Of a stretch of DNA of 64,000 nt, positions 30,170 to 41,014 are shown one piece after another. The DNA comes from Bacteroidota Order II. bacterium (GTDB lineage: Bacteria; Bacteroidota; Rhodothermia; Rhodothermales; UBA2364), in the NCBI GenBank assembly GCA_016788705.1, contig JAEUSQ010000038.1:2194-66193 (forward strand), in the 5' to 3' direction. Position 1 is the stretch's first letter, and every line of letters begins with the position of its first letter. The position numbers were made by a program, and so were the translations under genes. The notes beneath the pieces are model-generated. The model saw only the letters and a program-made list of their open reading frames with translations, was not told the origin of the DNA and did no database searches.

Positions 30170-30508
30170 ATGGCACTTGCAGTAACCGACAAAACCTTTC
30201 AGGCCGAAGTTTTAAACAGTAATGTTCCTGTATTGGTGGATTTTTGGGCCGCTTGGTGTGGTCCTTGTTTGATGATTGCTCCGGCCGTTGAGCAGTTGGC
30301 CAATGAATATGCGGGCAAAGCGAAAGTTGTGAAACTAAATGTGGATGAAAACCAGTATGTAGCCAGCCAATACGGCATTCGTTCCATCCCCACCTTGTTG
30401 GTCTTCCATAAAGGCAAAGTGGTGGACCAGATCATTGGCGCCGTACCTAAGAAGAAGTTGGCTGCACATTTAGACCAGGCGATCGAAAAGGCAGGATCTG
30501 TTGTCTGA
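30170..30508 (+). CDS. trxA: Thioredoxin
   Basis: [13 protein letters not shown] active site; 112 aa; [10 protein letters not shown]. Confidence 0.93.
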   Translation: MALAVTDKTFQAEVLNSNVPVLVDFWAAWCGPCLMIAPAVEQLANEYAGKAKVVKLNVDENQYVASQYGIRSIPTLLVFHKGKVVDQIIGAVPKKKLAAHLDQAIEKAGSVV

Positions 30509-30526
30509 TAAACCTATATATAATAA

Positions 30527-30559
30527 AGAGTTGCCCGGGTGATACCGGGTTCTCTTTTT
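30527..30559 (+). terminator. Hairpin plus T-run between trxA and trxB (partial terminator/attenuator candidate)
   Basis: In AGAGTTGCCCGG-GTGATA-CCGGGTTCTCT, CCCGG pairs with CCGGG and AGAG with CTCT, with an internal loop. TTTTT follows. Confidence 0.4.
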
Positions 30560-30572
30560 GGATAAAACAGAT

Positions 30573-31529
30573 ATGATCAACGAACTAAATTTTGTGACTG
30601 CCGAGCGACTAAAGGTTGTCATTATTGGTACAGGACCAGCCGGACTAACAGCGGCATTGTATGCGGCGCGTGCAAACTTAAGCCCTGTGGTTTTTGAAGG
30701 ACCTGAGCCGGGAGGACAACTCATGACCACAACGGATGTAGAAAACTTTCCGGGTTTTCCGGAAGGGATTATGGGGCCAGAGATGATGCAGCGGTTCCGT
30801 GATCAGGCTACACGATTTGGCGCGGATCTTCGTTGGGGCATGGTGACGGAAGTGGATTTCTCGGAAAGACCCTTTAAATTGGTGGTGGATGAGGAAATTC
30901 CGGTTCTTGCGGATGCGGTTATTGTTTCCACAGGAGCTTCGGCCATGTACCTTGGTCTTGAAAACGAATTGCGGTTGCGCGGATATGGTGTTTCGGCCTG
31001 TGCCACCTGCGATGGGGCATTCTTTAAAAACCAAGAAATTGCGATTGTCGGTGGGGGCGATACCGCGATGGAAGAGGCCCACTACCTTACCCGCCATGCT
31101 TCGAAGGTGTATCTAATTCATCGGAGAGATTCCTTCCGTGCTTCCAAAATCATGCAGGAGCGGGTTTTAAACAATCCAAAGATTGAAGTCATCTGGAACA
31201 CGGTGGTAACGGATGTTTTGGGAGAAAAGGAAGTTACTGGGCTTGCCCTCGAAAATACACAAACCGGAACCGCACAAACCTTGCCTGTTTCCGGATTTTT
31301 TGTTGCGATTGGACACAAGCCCAACACGGATGTTTTTAAAGGGCAGTTGGATATGGACGCGACCGGATATTTAAAAACAGGTTCGGGCAATACTTATACC
31401 AATATTCCAGGGGTTTTTGCCTGCGGTGATGCCCAAGACCATGTCTATCGGCAAGCCATCACGGCGGCGGGAACAGGTTGTATGGCCGCCATAGATGCCG
31501 AGCGCTGGCTATCCGAGCAAGAAGCATAG
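30573..31529 (+). CDS. trxB: Thioredoxin-disulfide reductase
   Basis: VVIIGTGPAG (FAD), redox centre CATCDG, GGGDTAMEEA (NADPH) and GVFACGD. I prefer the ATG at 30573 over the TTG at 30558, which lies inside the hairpin's T-run. Confidence 0.93.
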   Translation: MINELNFVTAERLKVVIIGTGPAGLTAALYAARANLSPVVFEGPEPGGQLMTTTDVENFPGFPEGIMGPEMMQRFRDQATRFGADLRWGMVTEVDFSERPFKLVVDEEIPVLADAVIVSTGASAMYLGLENELRLRGYGVSACATCDGAFFKNQEIAIVGGGDTAMEEAHYLTRHASKVYLIHRRDSFRASKIMQERVLNNPKIEVIWNTVVTDVLGEKEVTGLALENTQTGTAQTLPVSGFFVAIGHKPNTDVFKGQLDMDATGYLKTGSGNTYTNIPGVFACGDAQDHVYRQAITAAGTGCMAAIDAERWLSEQEA

Positions 31530-31556
31530 TGCTCAAACACGTTCTACGAACGTCAT

Positions 31557-31591
31557 AAAAGAGGTTACCTCGTTATGAGATAACCTCTTTT
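31557..31591. terminator. Bidirectional terminator between convergent trxB and gyrA
   Basis: A perfect 11-bp inverted repeat, AAAAGAGGTTA (31557-67) / TAACCTCTTTT (31581-91), has A/T runs on both sides. Confidence 0.8.
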
Positions 31592-31622
31592 ATGAATGAA
31601 TAGCGTGTATGTGACAGAGGCT

Positions 31623-34271
31623 TTAGGCAATTTCCGGCGCATCATTCGATGGCGCTGGCCCGTTTTCGTTCGTAGCCACCTCTTCGCCCCCAAGCCCATT
31701 TTCTTCCTCCTCGTCCTTCACCACCCGCGAAACATCCGCAATAGCATCGCCTTCTTTCAGGGTAAGCAGTTTTACCCCTCCTGCGGTTCTTCCCGTTTCA
31801 CGAATGGTAGCTGCCGAAATTCGGATTAACAAGCCATTAATCGTAGCAATTACCAAGTCATCTTCATCGGTCACTCCACGAACGGCGACCAATGGCCCCG
31901 TCCGTTCAGTGGCTTTGAGGGTTGTAACCCCTTTCCCACCCCGGTTGGTCAAGCGATATTCCTCTACAAGGCTCCGTTTTCCATACCCATGCGCACTGAC
32001 GGTCAGGATCATCATACTGGGGTCTGTTACAGCAATCATCCCGACCACTACTTCGCCTTCGGCAAGAGAAATCCCCCTTACACCCGTCGCAGTACGCCCC
32101 ATCGGACGCACCCGGTGTTCCTCGAAGCGCACGGCATATCCGGCAGAAGAAGCCAAGATAATATCCACATTGCCATCGGTCATACGCACATCCAACAATT
32201 GGTCCCCTTCTTCGATGTTTTGGGCACGAATTCCATCCATACGTGGACGGCTATAATCCATCAGAGGGGTCTTTTTAACCGTACCATTTTTGGTTACCGA
32301 GAAAATGAAGTGTGTATTTTTGAATTCGGTACTGGCGAAATCGTTTTTATCCACCGAAAGCACTGCACGAACCTTGTCATCTTGATCAATTTGGATGAGG
32401 TTTCGGATAGAGCGACCTTTTGCGGTTCGGGAGCCTTCCGGAATTTCATATACCCGAAGCCAATAACATTTCCCAAAATCAGTAAAGAATAAAAGCCAGT
32501 CGTGGGTTCCGCAAACAAAAAGCTGTTCAATGTAGTCTTCATCGCGGGTTCCTGCTCCTTTCAGCCCTTTTCCGCCGCGCCCTTGCGCTTTATACTCGGA
32601 GGCCGAAGTCCGCTTAATCAAGCCCTGATGGGTCATCGTTACAACGGTCGTTACGTCTTCGATCAGGTCTTCCATGATGAATTCATCACCGCCCGAAGGG
32701 TCAATTTGGGTACGGCGTGGATCGGCATATTTCGTCCGAATCTCCACCAACTCCTGCTTAATAATTTCCATGCGCAGGGCTTCCGAAGCCAAAATTGCCC
32801 GCAATCGCTCAATTTCTTGAATCAATGCACGATACTCATCCTCAATTTTCTGCCGTTCCAAGCCTGTAAGCCGTTGTAAACGCAGTTCCAGAATGGCTTT
32901 GGCCTGAAGTTCAGACAGGGTAAACAGAGACTCATTGTGGGTGGGTAATCCGAGAATCGCACGGTCTTCGGGCGAAAGGCTGTTGGGGAACTTCCCAGCC
33001 ATCAGGTTTTGTTGGGCCTCATCCACATTAGGAGAATGCCGGATGATGGAAATGACGGCATCCAAAAAGTCTAAGGCTATCCGGAGTCCTTCCAAAATAT
33101 GTGCCCGTGCTTCGGCCTTCCGCAGTTCATATTCGGTACGCCGCGTAACCACTTCGTGGCGGTGTTCCACATAATATTGGATACATTCTTTGAGATTCAG
33201 GGTACGTGGGCGACCTTTCACCAACGCCACCGTATTCACCCCAAAGGTGGACTGAAGTGCCGTAAATTTATACAACTGGTTTTGGATTACCATCGGAATG
33301 GCGTCTTTTTTCAGTTCGATCACAATGCGCATCCCTTCGCGGTCGGATTCGTCGCGCAAGTCATGGATGCCTTCAATGCGTTTATCACGTACCAATTGGG
33401 CAATTTTTTCGATAATCCCAGACTTCAATACCTGATAAGGAATTTCGGTCACAACCAAGGCTGAGCGGCCATGCACGGTTTCCTCGTGCATTTTGGCACG
33501 GACCACCACACGGCCCCTGCCCGTAAGGTAGGCTTCCTTTACCCCGGCAGTTCCGTAAATAATGGCCCCGGTCGGAAAATCAGGCGCCGGGATATAGCCC
33601 ATTAGATCTGCAATGGAAATCTCACGGTCGGCAATATAGGCAATGATGCCATCTATTAATTCCCCCAAATTGTGGGGCGGAATATTGGTGGCCATCCCAA
33701 CAGCAATACCAGAAGAACCATTCAGCAACAGGTTCGGAATGGCTGCAGGCAATACTTCGGGTTCGTCTAAGGAGCCATCGAAGTTCGGTACAAAGTCCAC
33801 GGTTTCCTTGCCCAAGTCGCGTAACATTTCCTCGGCCAAACGCGTCATTCGCACCTCGGTATAACGCATGGCCGCAGCCGAGTCGCCATCTATGGAACCA
33901 AAATTCCCTTGCCCATCCACCAAGGGGTAGCGCATGGCAAAATCCTGCGCCATCCTCACCATTGTCTGATAGACGGCAGAATCGCCATGTGGGTGATATT
34001 TTCCCAACACATCCCCTACAATCCGGGCACTTTTTTTATAGGCTTTGCCCGCGCCCATACTGAGTTCATCCATGCCATACAAGACGCGACGATGGACGGG
34101 CTTCAGGCCATCACGCACATCCGGCAACGCACGGCTGACAATGACCGACATCGAGTAATCAATGTAGGCCGCCTTCATTTCTTCTTCTATATTGATTGGG
34201 ACGATGCGGGGGGTATCAGAACTTAGGGTTTCGTCGGAAGGGAGGTCGTTTTCGTTCAATTCGTCTGCCAT
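31623..34271 (-). CDS. gyrA: DNA gyrase subunit A
   Basis: 882 aa. It has AAMRYTE (catalytic Tyr), the [13 protein letters not shown], a GyrA-box-like QGRGGKG and an acidic C-terminal tail. Confidence 0.97.
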   Translation of the reverse strand: MADELNENDLPSDETLSSDTPRIVPINIEEEMKAAYIDYSMSVIVSRALPDVRDGLKPVHRRVLYGMDELSMGAGKAYKKSARIVGDVLGKYHPHGDSAVYQTMVRMAQDFAMRYPLVDGQGNFGSIDGDSAAAMRYTEVRMTRLAEEMLRDLGKETVDFVPNFDGSLDEPEVLPAAIPNLLLNGSSGIAVGMATNIPPHNLGELIDGIIAYIADREISIADLMGYIPAPDFPTGAIIYGTAGVKEAYLTGRGRVVVRAKMHEETVHGRSALVVTEIPYQVLKSGIIEKIAQLVRDKRIEGIHDLRDESDREGMRIVIELKKDAIPMVIQNQLYKFTALQSTFGVNTVALVKGRPRTLNLKECIQYYVEHRHEVVTRRTEYELRKAEARAHILEGLRIALDFLDAVISIIRHSPNVDEAQQNLMAGKFPNSLSPEDRAILGLPTHNESLFTLSELQAKAILELRLQRLTGLERQKIEDEYRALIQEIERLRAILASEALRMEIIKQELVEIRTKYADPRRTQIDPSGGDEFIMEDLIEDVTTVVTMTHQGLIKRTSASEYKAQGRGGKGLKGAGTRDEDYIEQLFVCGTHDWLLFFTDFGKCYWLRVYEIPEGSRTAKGRSIRNLIQIDQDDKVRAVLSVDKNDFASTEFKNTHFIFSVTKNGTVKKTPLMDYSRPRMDGIRAQNIEEGDQLLDVRMTDGNVDIILASSAGYAVRFEEHRVRPMGRTATGVRGISLAEGEVVVGMIAVTDPSMMILTVSAHGYGKRSLVEEYRLTNRGGKGVTTLKATERTGPLVAVRGVTDEDDLVIATINGLLIRISAATIRETGRTAGGVKLLTLKEGDAIADVSRVVKDEEEENGLGGEEVATNENGPAPSNDAPEIA

Positions 34272-34481
34272 AAACAGGACCTTGTTTGGGGGTATGAATC
34301 ATTTTTGGGTTAGCTCATTAATATACGAAATACGATTACGCAGCGGCATGAAGAACGTTATAGGAATCATAACGTTTTCAGGTGAAAGAAGTTGATACCC
34401 AACGGGATGTTCTTCTTCGAGACTCCGTTGCGGCTGAGAAAAAAAGTAATGTACTTTAGATCTAAATTGAACATATAGAAC

Positions 34482-36689
34482 ATGATGCGTTCTGTCAGAT
34501 TCTTCGGTGTAATCGGACTCTTTCTCTGGTTGACCAGCACTTACGAAGGCCCTAATGCACAATCTTTTTCCGCCAAGCCTTTGTCCGTATGGGACGAGGC
34601 TGGAAAGCCTTATCGTTCTTGGCCCGTTGGCGGACTGAACACCCCCCAACTCCAGTGGTTAGACGTAACGGGTGATAATCACCCAGACCTTTTTTTGCAG
34701 AACCAGCAAGATCAGATTTTTTTCTTCCGGAATGACCCCACAGAAGGATTGATTTTAGAGCATCTACAAGCCTTCCCGGAGGTTTTTTCCGGAAACTGGT
34801 TTCAACTCTGGCCCGAACAAGCGGACTCCTTTCTGCTTTTTGCCGCCAATAATTTCGACAACATTCAGGTCTGGCGGGTGCAACGAACAGCAACTCGCTT
34901 TATTACCACGAAATTAACGGAGGTATTATTGGATACCGAAGGAAAAGCCGTATTTGCAGAAATAGGTTCTATTCCGCAATTCACCGACATAGATTGTGAT
35001 GCAGACTTAGATTATTTCACCACCAATCAATCCGGAACCATTACGTTTTACGAGCAGGTAGGCCAAACAGCAATAGGACTTCCTCGATATACCAAGCGGT
35101 CGGACCGATTTGCGGACATTTCGTTACTTGGGACTTATTGCGACGGACAAGCCCTTTCCAAATCGCTACAACATGGGGCGGCCAGTATCACATTTTATGA
35201 CGTAAGTGGAAGTGGAAAACCCGATATACTGTGGACCGATACCTTTATTGCAGGTTTGTTACAACTCCAAAATACCGGAACCTGTTCGCAACCCGCCTTT
35301 GCATTTCCGAAAGCCGAATCACAATATGCCAATTTCCTTGTTCAGGGCCTTAACCTGCAAACTTCCGGATTTAACCTCACCACTTTTGGAGATGCCGATG
35401 GCGATGGCGACCAAGACCTTTTTATTGGTGTGCAGGGCGGCTTTTGTCCAGATAAACAAGGAGACGCCATCCAGAATCTTTTCTTCTACCGAAACACCGG
35501 AACCGCCCAAAAACCCATTTATACCCAGGAAACCAAACGCTTTCTATACCTGCCCGATCTTGGCCGGAAAAGTAGCCCCGCTTTTTTTGATTATGACCAA
35601 GATGGCGACTTAGACCTTGTTGTGGGTAACGAAGACCATGCTGGCTCTCCAAACTTTGGACGACTCACCCTCTTCGAGTCCATAGGCAGCAAACAAGAAC
35701 CCGGATACGTGCTAAAAGACCCCAATTTCCTCAATATTACGGGGGCCTATAATGTAGCGCCCGCTTTTGGAGACATAGATGCAGACGGAGACATGGACTT
35801 ATTGCTGGGTATGCAAAACGGCAGAATACGGTATTACCGCAATGAAGGGAACAATAGCTTTCGGGAAATCAGCCGAACATATGCCAATATCTTTGTAGGC
35901 ACCTACAGTGCACCTGCCTTGGCGGATATAGACGGCGACGGAGATTTAGACCTACTGGTGGGCGATGCTTCAGGAATGCTTACCCTATACCGGAATGTTG
36001 GTTCACCGCAAGTGCCCGACTTTTCAAAAGAATCCGACCAATATGCGGGTATTTCGGTTAATGGGTTTAGCAAGCCCTCCTTTTTGTTACAACCTCGGAA
36101 CAACCAATTGTGGCCCGCTTATTTGGTCGTAGGAAGCGAGTCCGACGGTGTCTTCGTCTATAAAAACATCTCTACCGGAGCCGTAGATGCCATTTGGATG
36201 CAGGATGGCATGGGCAGCCCCAATAAGCCTTTTAGGGGGATTGGACAGGAAAGCTACGTTCTCCGTCACTTGGCTCCTGCCACCATTGTGTGGACACCTT
36301 CCAATACCTTGCCCAGCATGATATTTGGCTCGGAGGGCGGCGGATTTATGGCAGCCACTCCGCGCTTCCTCCCGGTTTCCGTCTCTTCAACAACCGAACT
36401 ACCTGCTCTTGGGTCATACCATTTGTCCCTTTTTCCGAACCCCATCACAGACCAGTTTTCCATCCATCTGCCCAAAGCCCTCACAGGCCCGTTTACGGTA
36501 TCGGTTTACGATTTATTGGGGAGGGAACGCTATGCGAAAACATGGAAAACCTCTTCTGGCAATCCATTGATTTTGATAGAAGTTCCCGATTTGGCGCAAG
36601 GGGCCTATGTTGTTCGCCTTTCAACAACCAGAACAGCTTGGTCATCCATCGTTTTTAAGCGAAAGAACCCTTCTGGATCAAAAAATTGA
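34482..36689 (+). CDS. FG-GAP/VCBS-repeat protein with T9SS C-terminal sorting domain
   Basis: Signal peptide. Repeated Ca-binding loops (FGDADGDGDQDLF, FFDYDQDGDLDLVVG, FGDIDADGDMDLLLG, LADIDGDGDLDLLVG). The C-terminus LSLFPNPITDQFSIHL...VSVYDLLGRE...GAYVVRL is a T9SS type-A CTD. Confidence 0.8.
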   Translation: MMRSVRFFGVIGLFLWLTSTYEGPNAQSFSAKPLSVWDEAGKPYRSWPVGGLNTPQLQWLDVTGDNHPDLFLQNQQDQIFFFRNDPTEGLILEHLQAFPEVFSGNWFQLWPEQADSFLLFAANNFDNIQVWRVQRTATRFITTKLTEVLLDTEGKAVFAEIGSIPQFTDIDCDADLDYFTTNQSGTITFYEQVGQTAIGLPRYTKRSDRFADISLLGTYCDGQALSKSLQHGAASITFYDVSGSGKPDILWTDTFIAGLLQLQNTGTCSQPAFAFPKAESQYANFLVQGLNLQTSGFNLTTFGDADGDGDQDLFIGVQGGFCPDKQGDAIQNLFFYRNTGTAQKPIYTQETKRFLYLPDLGRKSSPAFFDYDQDGDLDLVVGNEDHAGSPNFGRLTLFESIGSKQEPGYVLKDPNFLNITGAYNVAPAFGDIDADGDMDLLLGMQNGRIRYYRNEGNNSFREISRTYANIFVGTYSAPALADIDGDGDLDLLVGDASGMLTLYRNVGSPQVPDFSKESDQYAGISVNGFSKPSFLLQPRNNQLWPAYLVVGSESDGVFVYKNISTGAVDAIWMQDGMGSPNKPFRGIGQESYVLRHLAPATIVWTPSNTLPSMIFGSEGGGFMAATPRFLPVSVSSTTELPALGSYHLSLFPNPITDQFSIHLPKALTGPFTVSVYDLLGRERYAKTWKTSSGNPLILIEVPDLAQGAYVVRLSTTRTAWSSIVFKRKNPSGSKN

Positions 36690-36767
36690 CAAATCCTTAT
36701 TAGGTTTTTATTCATGTTTTGGTTAACCTCTTGTTTTACCGTTCCATCCATTAAGCACTATAAGGTT

Positions 36768-37886
36768 ATGGCTACCGTAAAAGTACGTTTTGACAACACC
36801 CTCGCCCGGGCATTCACCAAAGAAGTGAGACAACGGGTCCATGAGTACTTTGAACAAAACAACTTATCTAAACACGCCAATACAGAGATGATCCTCAAAA
36901 CCATCATCATATTGGGCGCATTTGTGTCTTGTTACTTACTGATCCTCTTGGGTGGATTTAACGTCTGGCAGATGTGGGGGCTGAGTGTATTGCTTGGCAT
37001 CTCTATGGCGGGAATTGGGTTTTCCATCTCGCACGATGCCCTACATGGTGCTTATTCCTCCAACGAACGCCTAAATTGGATATTGGGACTATCGTTCGAC
37101 ATGCTGGGTGCGAATGGGTATATGTGGAAAATAACCCATAACGTCATTCATCATACCTATACCAATGTGCATGGACACGACGAAGACTTAGAAGTGGCAG
37201 CATTTGTACGACTTTCTCCACACACGCCCCATAAGACCATCCATCGCTTTCAACATATTCTGGCTTTTCCAGCCTATTCTTTTGCCACCGTATTTTGGTT
37301 GGTGATCAAAGACTTTAAATACTTTTTTGCTAAAAAATTGGGGCCCTATATCAATAAAAAGCACCCCATAAAAGAATGGATAACGCTTTGGGTGATGAAA
37401 ACCATCACTATTGCCTACCAGATTGTTCTGCCGCTGATGCTTTTGGACATCACTTGGTGGCAATTCCTGATTGGTTTTCTAACGGCACACCTTACCGCAG
37501 GCCTCATTTTAGGCGTTGTTTTCCAGTTGGCACACGTTGTTGAAGAAACCGATCACCCCGAATATGACGATACGGGGCTTATCCACAACCATTGGTTGGT
37601 ACACGAAATGGAAACTACTTCCAACTTTGCACGCCGAAATAAACTACTTTCGTGGTATATCGGTGGTTTGAATTACCAAATCGAGCATCATCTCTTTCCT
37701 AAAGTATGTAGTGTACATTACCCCAACATCAGCCCGATTGTTAAGGAGGTGGCCCAAAAATATGGGGTTCCGTATCATGAGCACGACACCTTCGCTATTG
37801 CGGTCGGCTCTCATTATCGCACCCTAATTAAATTCGGACAAAATCCTGTGGTGGAGTTACCGGATCAAACCGTGTATGTAAACTGA
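36768..37886 (+). CDS. Membrane fatty-acid desaturase (front-end/acyl-lipid type)
   Basis: Three His boxes: HDALHG, HNVIHHTYTN and QIEHHLFP. The ATG at 36768 (MATVKVRF) is preferred over the ORF-track start. Confidence 0.85.
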   Translation: MATVKVRFDNTLARAFTKEVRQRVHEYFEQNNLSKHANTEMILKTIIILGAFVSCYLLILLGGFNVWQMWGLSVLLGISMAGIGFSISHDALHGAYSSNERLNWILGLSFDMLGANGYMWKITHNVIHHTYTNVHGHDEDLEVAAFVRLSPHTPHKTIHRFQHILAFPAYSFATVFWLVIKDFKYFFAKKLGPYINKKHPIKEWITLWVMKTITIAYQIVLPLMLLDITWWQFLIGFLTAHLTAGLILGVVFQLAHVVEETDHPEYDDTGLIHNHWLVHEMETTSNFARRNKLLSWYIGGLNYQIEHHLFPKVCSVHYPNISPIVKEVAQKYGVPYHEHDTFAIAVGSHYRTLIKFGQNPVVELPDQTVYVN

Positions 37887-37908
37887 GGGATATGGCTTCA
37901 GTTGAGAA

Positions 37909-37934
37909 AAGCGTCCAATTAGGGCGCTTTTTTT
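37909..37934 (+). terminator. Rho-independent terminator after the desaturase gene
   Basis: AAGCGTCC / GGGCGCTT forms an 8-bp stem (one G-U pair) with loop AATTA, followed by TTTTT. Confidence 0.7.
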
Positions 37935-38049
37935 ACGGTCGGTACCCATTTTTTGCGCCTTCGGGTCTATACTGCAAATGTCATGGAATACATCAGGCCA
38001 TTTCTAAGCATCAAATGCCCATGATCTCCACCCCTCTTGGCTTTGTGCC

Positions 38050-40290
38050 CTATTTCACTTCGACCTTCATGCCCACTGTTGGGAAAAAGCCAAATTGATC
38101 TACCCGTTTATCCGCATAAAGATCATAGTAGAACAGGTTATTGCGTCCTGAAAGATTTTGGCCGCCAGCCATTAGGCTAAATTTAAGCCACTTATTTTCC
38201 ACTATCCACTCCAACGAGGCATCCATGCGGCTATACACAGGCAACCTTTGAGCGTATGGATCGCCGAAAACAGGTCTTTGGACGGCTGCTTCATTTACAA
38301 AACTTGGATCATCTCCTTGAATAGGTAACGTAGCTGCAAATCCGAAGAAGGGGGTATAAGGAAAACCACTCCCCAATTGCCATTTTGCACCGAGCCTTAG
38401 CCGTCCCATTTGCCAGTTACCAGCAAGACTGAGGTTGTGGCGCCGATCGTGGCCGGGGTAAAACGTTGCGTTGGCCGTATAATACACCACACGGGCTAAA
38501 CTATATGCCACCGAGATACCACCAGACAACCTTGAGGCCCTGAATTGTACATCCATTCCAGACGCTTTTCCCGTTGCAGCTTGTAGGCCGTCATTGCCAG
38601 CCAAAGCCGTAAGAGAGGACAAGCTTTTATGATAGAGTTCTGTCTGTAACCAAAGCCATTTGGCCAAACGATGTCGTTGCCCACCCATAAAATGCCAAGC
38701 CGTAGGCACTTCAAAAATTGCAGGCGCCCAAACCGTAAACACTTCACCCACATCATGTTCATCCTGTAACCCAATAATCTGTTGGTGATACTGCCCCACC
38801 GCGATATGCCATTGTCGTCCGTCTTCTTTCCCTTTAGGAAACCAAGTTGCACGGAAACGTGGCTCCAAAGTATTAACTCCTTGACTCGGAAAGTTGTGCA
38901 TACGGATTCCGGGCTCTACCGTCAGACGGTCACTCAGAAAAATAGCCGCATCAAAATATCCTCCACCTTCGATGGTGTAATTTTCCTGATCCGCTTTTCG
39001 ATCAATACGATAATCGAACTGATTGATGCGGGCAAACATCCCAAAGCGGGCTTCCCAATGCTGAAGCAAGTAATCAAAATTAAACCCCCCTTGAAATCCT
39101 TTTACTTTCCCGAACCTACGTGGGGCCTTTTCTGGTCCAAAAGCCGAGTCGAAGCGGGTACTCGTGAGGGTTATATCCAATAATGCCGGAAAGGAAGGCG
39201 GGAGGTATAAAAAGCGACCACCTATTCCCTGATTTCTCCAAGATATGCGGTCATCCGGATTCCCCAAACCGCCTAAGTCGCCCACATCATGCGCACGTAG
39301 CCCCACCAAAGACACGCTGCTGGTGGGCGTCAGCCAAGCATGAATTTTCGCAAACTCGTCCCCAAAATCAAATGGGCGCTTCCATCTTCCCGGCAAACGT
39401 TCCAACAACGAATGGCGATAGGAGGCCAGAAACGAGACCGCACCGGGATACAAAGGCCCTTCTACCCGGACCGCTCCGAGAAAAGGATCTACCGAAGCCG
39501 CGCCTGCAAATCGTCTTTTATGACCATGCCGCGTGCCAATGTCCACGACCGACGCCAATCGCCCGCCATACCGTGCCCCCCAGCCACCCGTATAAACATC
39601 GGCTTGGGCAATCAACTCTTCTGGTAATACCGAAAAGCCACTCACCATATGAAAAGGTTGGTAAACAGCCATCCCATCTATCAATACTTGGTTTTGGGTG
39701 GGCGTTCCACCACGTACATATAATTGCCCCCCCCGATCCGCAGGGGAGACAAAACCGGGAATGGTTTCGAGAAAGGAGGCCAAATCGCGCGACATGCTGG
39801 TAGATGGAATGGCCTCCAGATCGCCCGAACGAATGGTGGTTAACCCCGAACCTGCCTCGATGCCCGCTTGATACTTTTTACGAGACGAAACCGTGACATT
39901 GCCCGCTTTGGCGGTTGTGCTAACCATGCGCAAACTTAGCCGTTCTAAACCACCTGCATACAGATCTATGATTTCTGTGAGCGATTCGTACCCTACTAAA
40001 CTAAACCGTACAAAGTACCGATCTGGACTTAGGGAACCAAACGCAAAATATCCGTTCACGTCACTAAAAATTCCTTGTAGGGTAAGGCCATCGTCTTTCT
40101 GTAAACGAATGGTCACTCCAGAAAGAGGTTGCCCCGTTTCCTCGTCCACCACCACACCACGAATACTACCCGATTGGGCATATAAACCCACCACGCTTAG
40201 TACCCATACGCCAACGCCCAAGGTAAAAACCTGCCAGATGCAGTTTTGCGTAAAAAAACGTTTGCCAAAAAGGAAGACCAAATCTGTCAT
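38050..40290 (-). CDS. TonB-dependent receptor with N-terminal carboxypeptidase-regulatory-like domain
   Basis: GSIRGVVVDEETGQPLSGVTIRL...NGYFAFGSL (CarboxypepD_reg), a plug region (TTIRSGDLEAIP...LETIPGF...GGQLYVRGG...NQVLIDGM) and a long beta-barrel. ATG at 40290. Confidence 0.8.
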   Translation of the reverse strand: MTDLVFLFGKRFFTQNCIWQVFTLGVGVWVLSVVGLYAQSGSIRGVVVDEETGQPLSGVTIRLQKDDGLTLQGIFSDVNGYFAFGSLSPDRYFVRFSLVGYESLTEIIDLYAGGLERLSLRMVSTTAKAGNVTVSSRKKYQAGIEAGSGLTTIRSGDLEAIPSTSMSRDLASFLETIPGFVSPADRGGQLYVRGGTPTQNQVLIDGMAVYQPFHMVSGFSVLPEELIAQADVYTGGWGARYGGRLASVVDIGTRHGHKRRFAGAASVDPFLGAVRVEGPLYPGAVSFLASYRHSLLERLPGRWKRPFDFGDEFAKIHAWLTPTSSVSLVGLRAHDVGDLGGLGNPDDRISWRNQGIGGRFLYLPPSFPALLDITLTSTRFDSAFGPEKAPRRFGKVKGFQGGFNFDYLLQHWEARFGMFARINQFDYRIDRKADQENYTIEGGGYFDAAIFLSDRLTVEPGIRMHNFPSQGVNTLEPRFRATWFPKGKEDGRQWHIAVGQYHQQIIGLQDEHDVGEVFTVWAPAIFEVPTAWHFMGGQRHRLAKWLWLQTELYHKSLSSLTALAGNDGLQAATGKASGMDVQFRASRLSGGISVAYSLARVVYYTANATFYPGHDRRHNLSLAGNWQMGRLRLGAKWQLGSGFPYTPFFGFAATLPIQGDDPSFVNEAAVQRPVFGDPYAQRLPVYSRMDASLEWIVENKWLKFSLMAGGQNLSGRNNLFYYDLYADKRVDQFGFFPTVGMKVEVK

Positions 40291-40469
40291 ACACAATAGT
40301 TAATCCAAAATGCAATGTGATAGCCTTAAGAAGATACGCATCAGAAAGGACATCGCCCGATTTTTTACGGCGAACCGTCGGTTTAAAAGCTTAATGGCAT
40401 TATTGGTAAATTTAGGGACAACCCGAAACCCGATTCACGCAAAATGGTTGAAGTTCCTCAAATCCTTAA

Positions 40470-40895
40470 ATGCCTAACATGATGAATCAGAACCCCGCCG
40501 TTGCCTTGCAACCTCCAATCCAAAAACCCCTGATCAAAAGACTTATTCCAGTCATTCTGATACTTTTTGTCCTGATTGCATTTGGGCGGGCAATGGGGTG
40601 TTGGGACAATAGTACATACTCGGCCATTAATCACGGCAACCACAAGCATTATATGCCCAATGAACGCGACGCAGGAATTGGAATGGGTAATTGCCCTACA
40701 CGACCACCCGCCGCCGATGAATTCTTCTCGCGGCAATGCCAGATCATTCGGCAAGTGGCGCAAAACGGCAAAACCTACTATATTCCCGACGATGCACAAG
40801 AAGGCTTACCCATTACCACCTTTCCCACGCAAGCCCCTGGCCCCGGTGAACGCATCTCGCCACAAGGTCAAGTGGTGAAAGTGACGGTGGAATAA
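40470..40895 (+). CDS. Small membrane-anchored hypothetical protein with His cluster
   Basis: One TM (LIPVILILFVLIAF) is followed by INHGNHKHYMPNE and three Cys. No family recognised. It is divergent from the TBDR gene. Confidence 0.4.
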   Translation: MPNMMNQNPAVALQPPIQKPLIKRLIPVILILFVLIAFGRAMGCWDNSTYSAINHGNHKHYMPNERDAGIGMGNCPTRPPAADEFFSRQCQIIRQVAQNGKTYYIPDDAQEGLPITTFPTQAPGPGERISPQGQVVKVTVE

Positions 40896-41014
40896 CAAAA
40901 TAGATGCTCTGTTGTGTATGTCCCTCTCGTAATGCCAAAATATGAGAAATAGGTTTTGCATATTAGGGTGCTCAGCCTAACAAAAAAAAGTAAAAAAAGT
41001 GGGGATGATTAATA

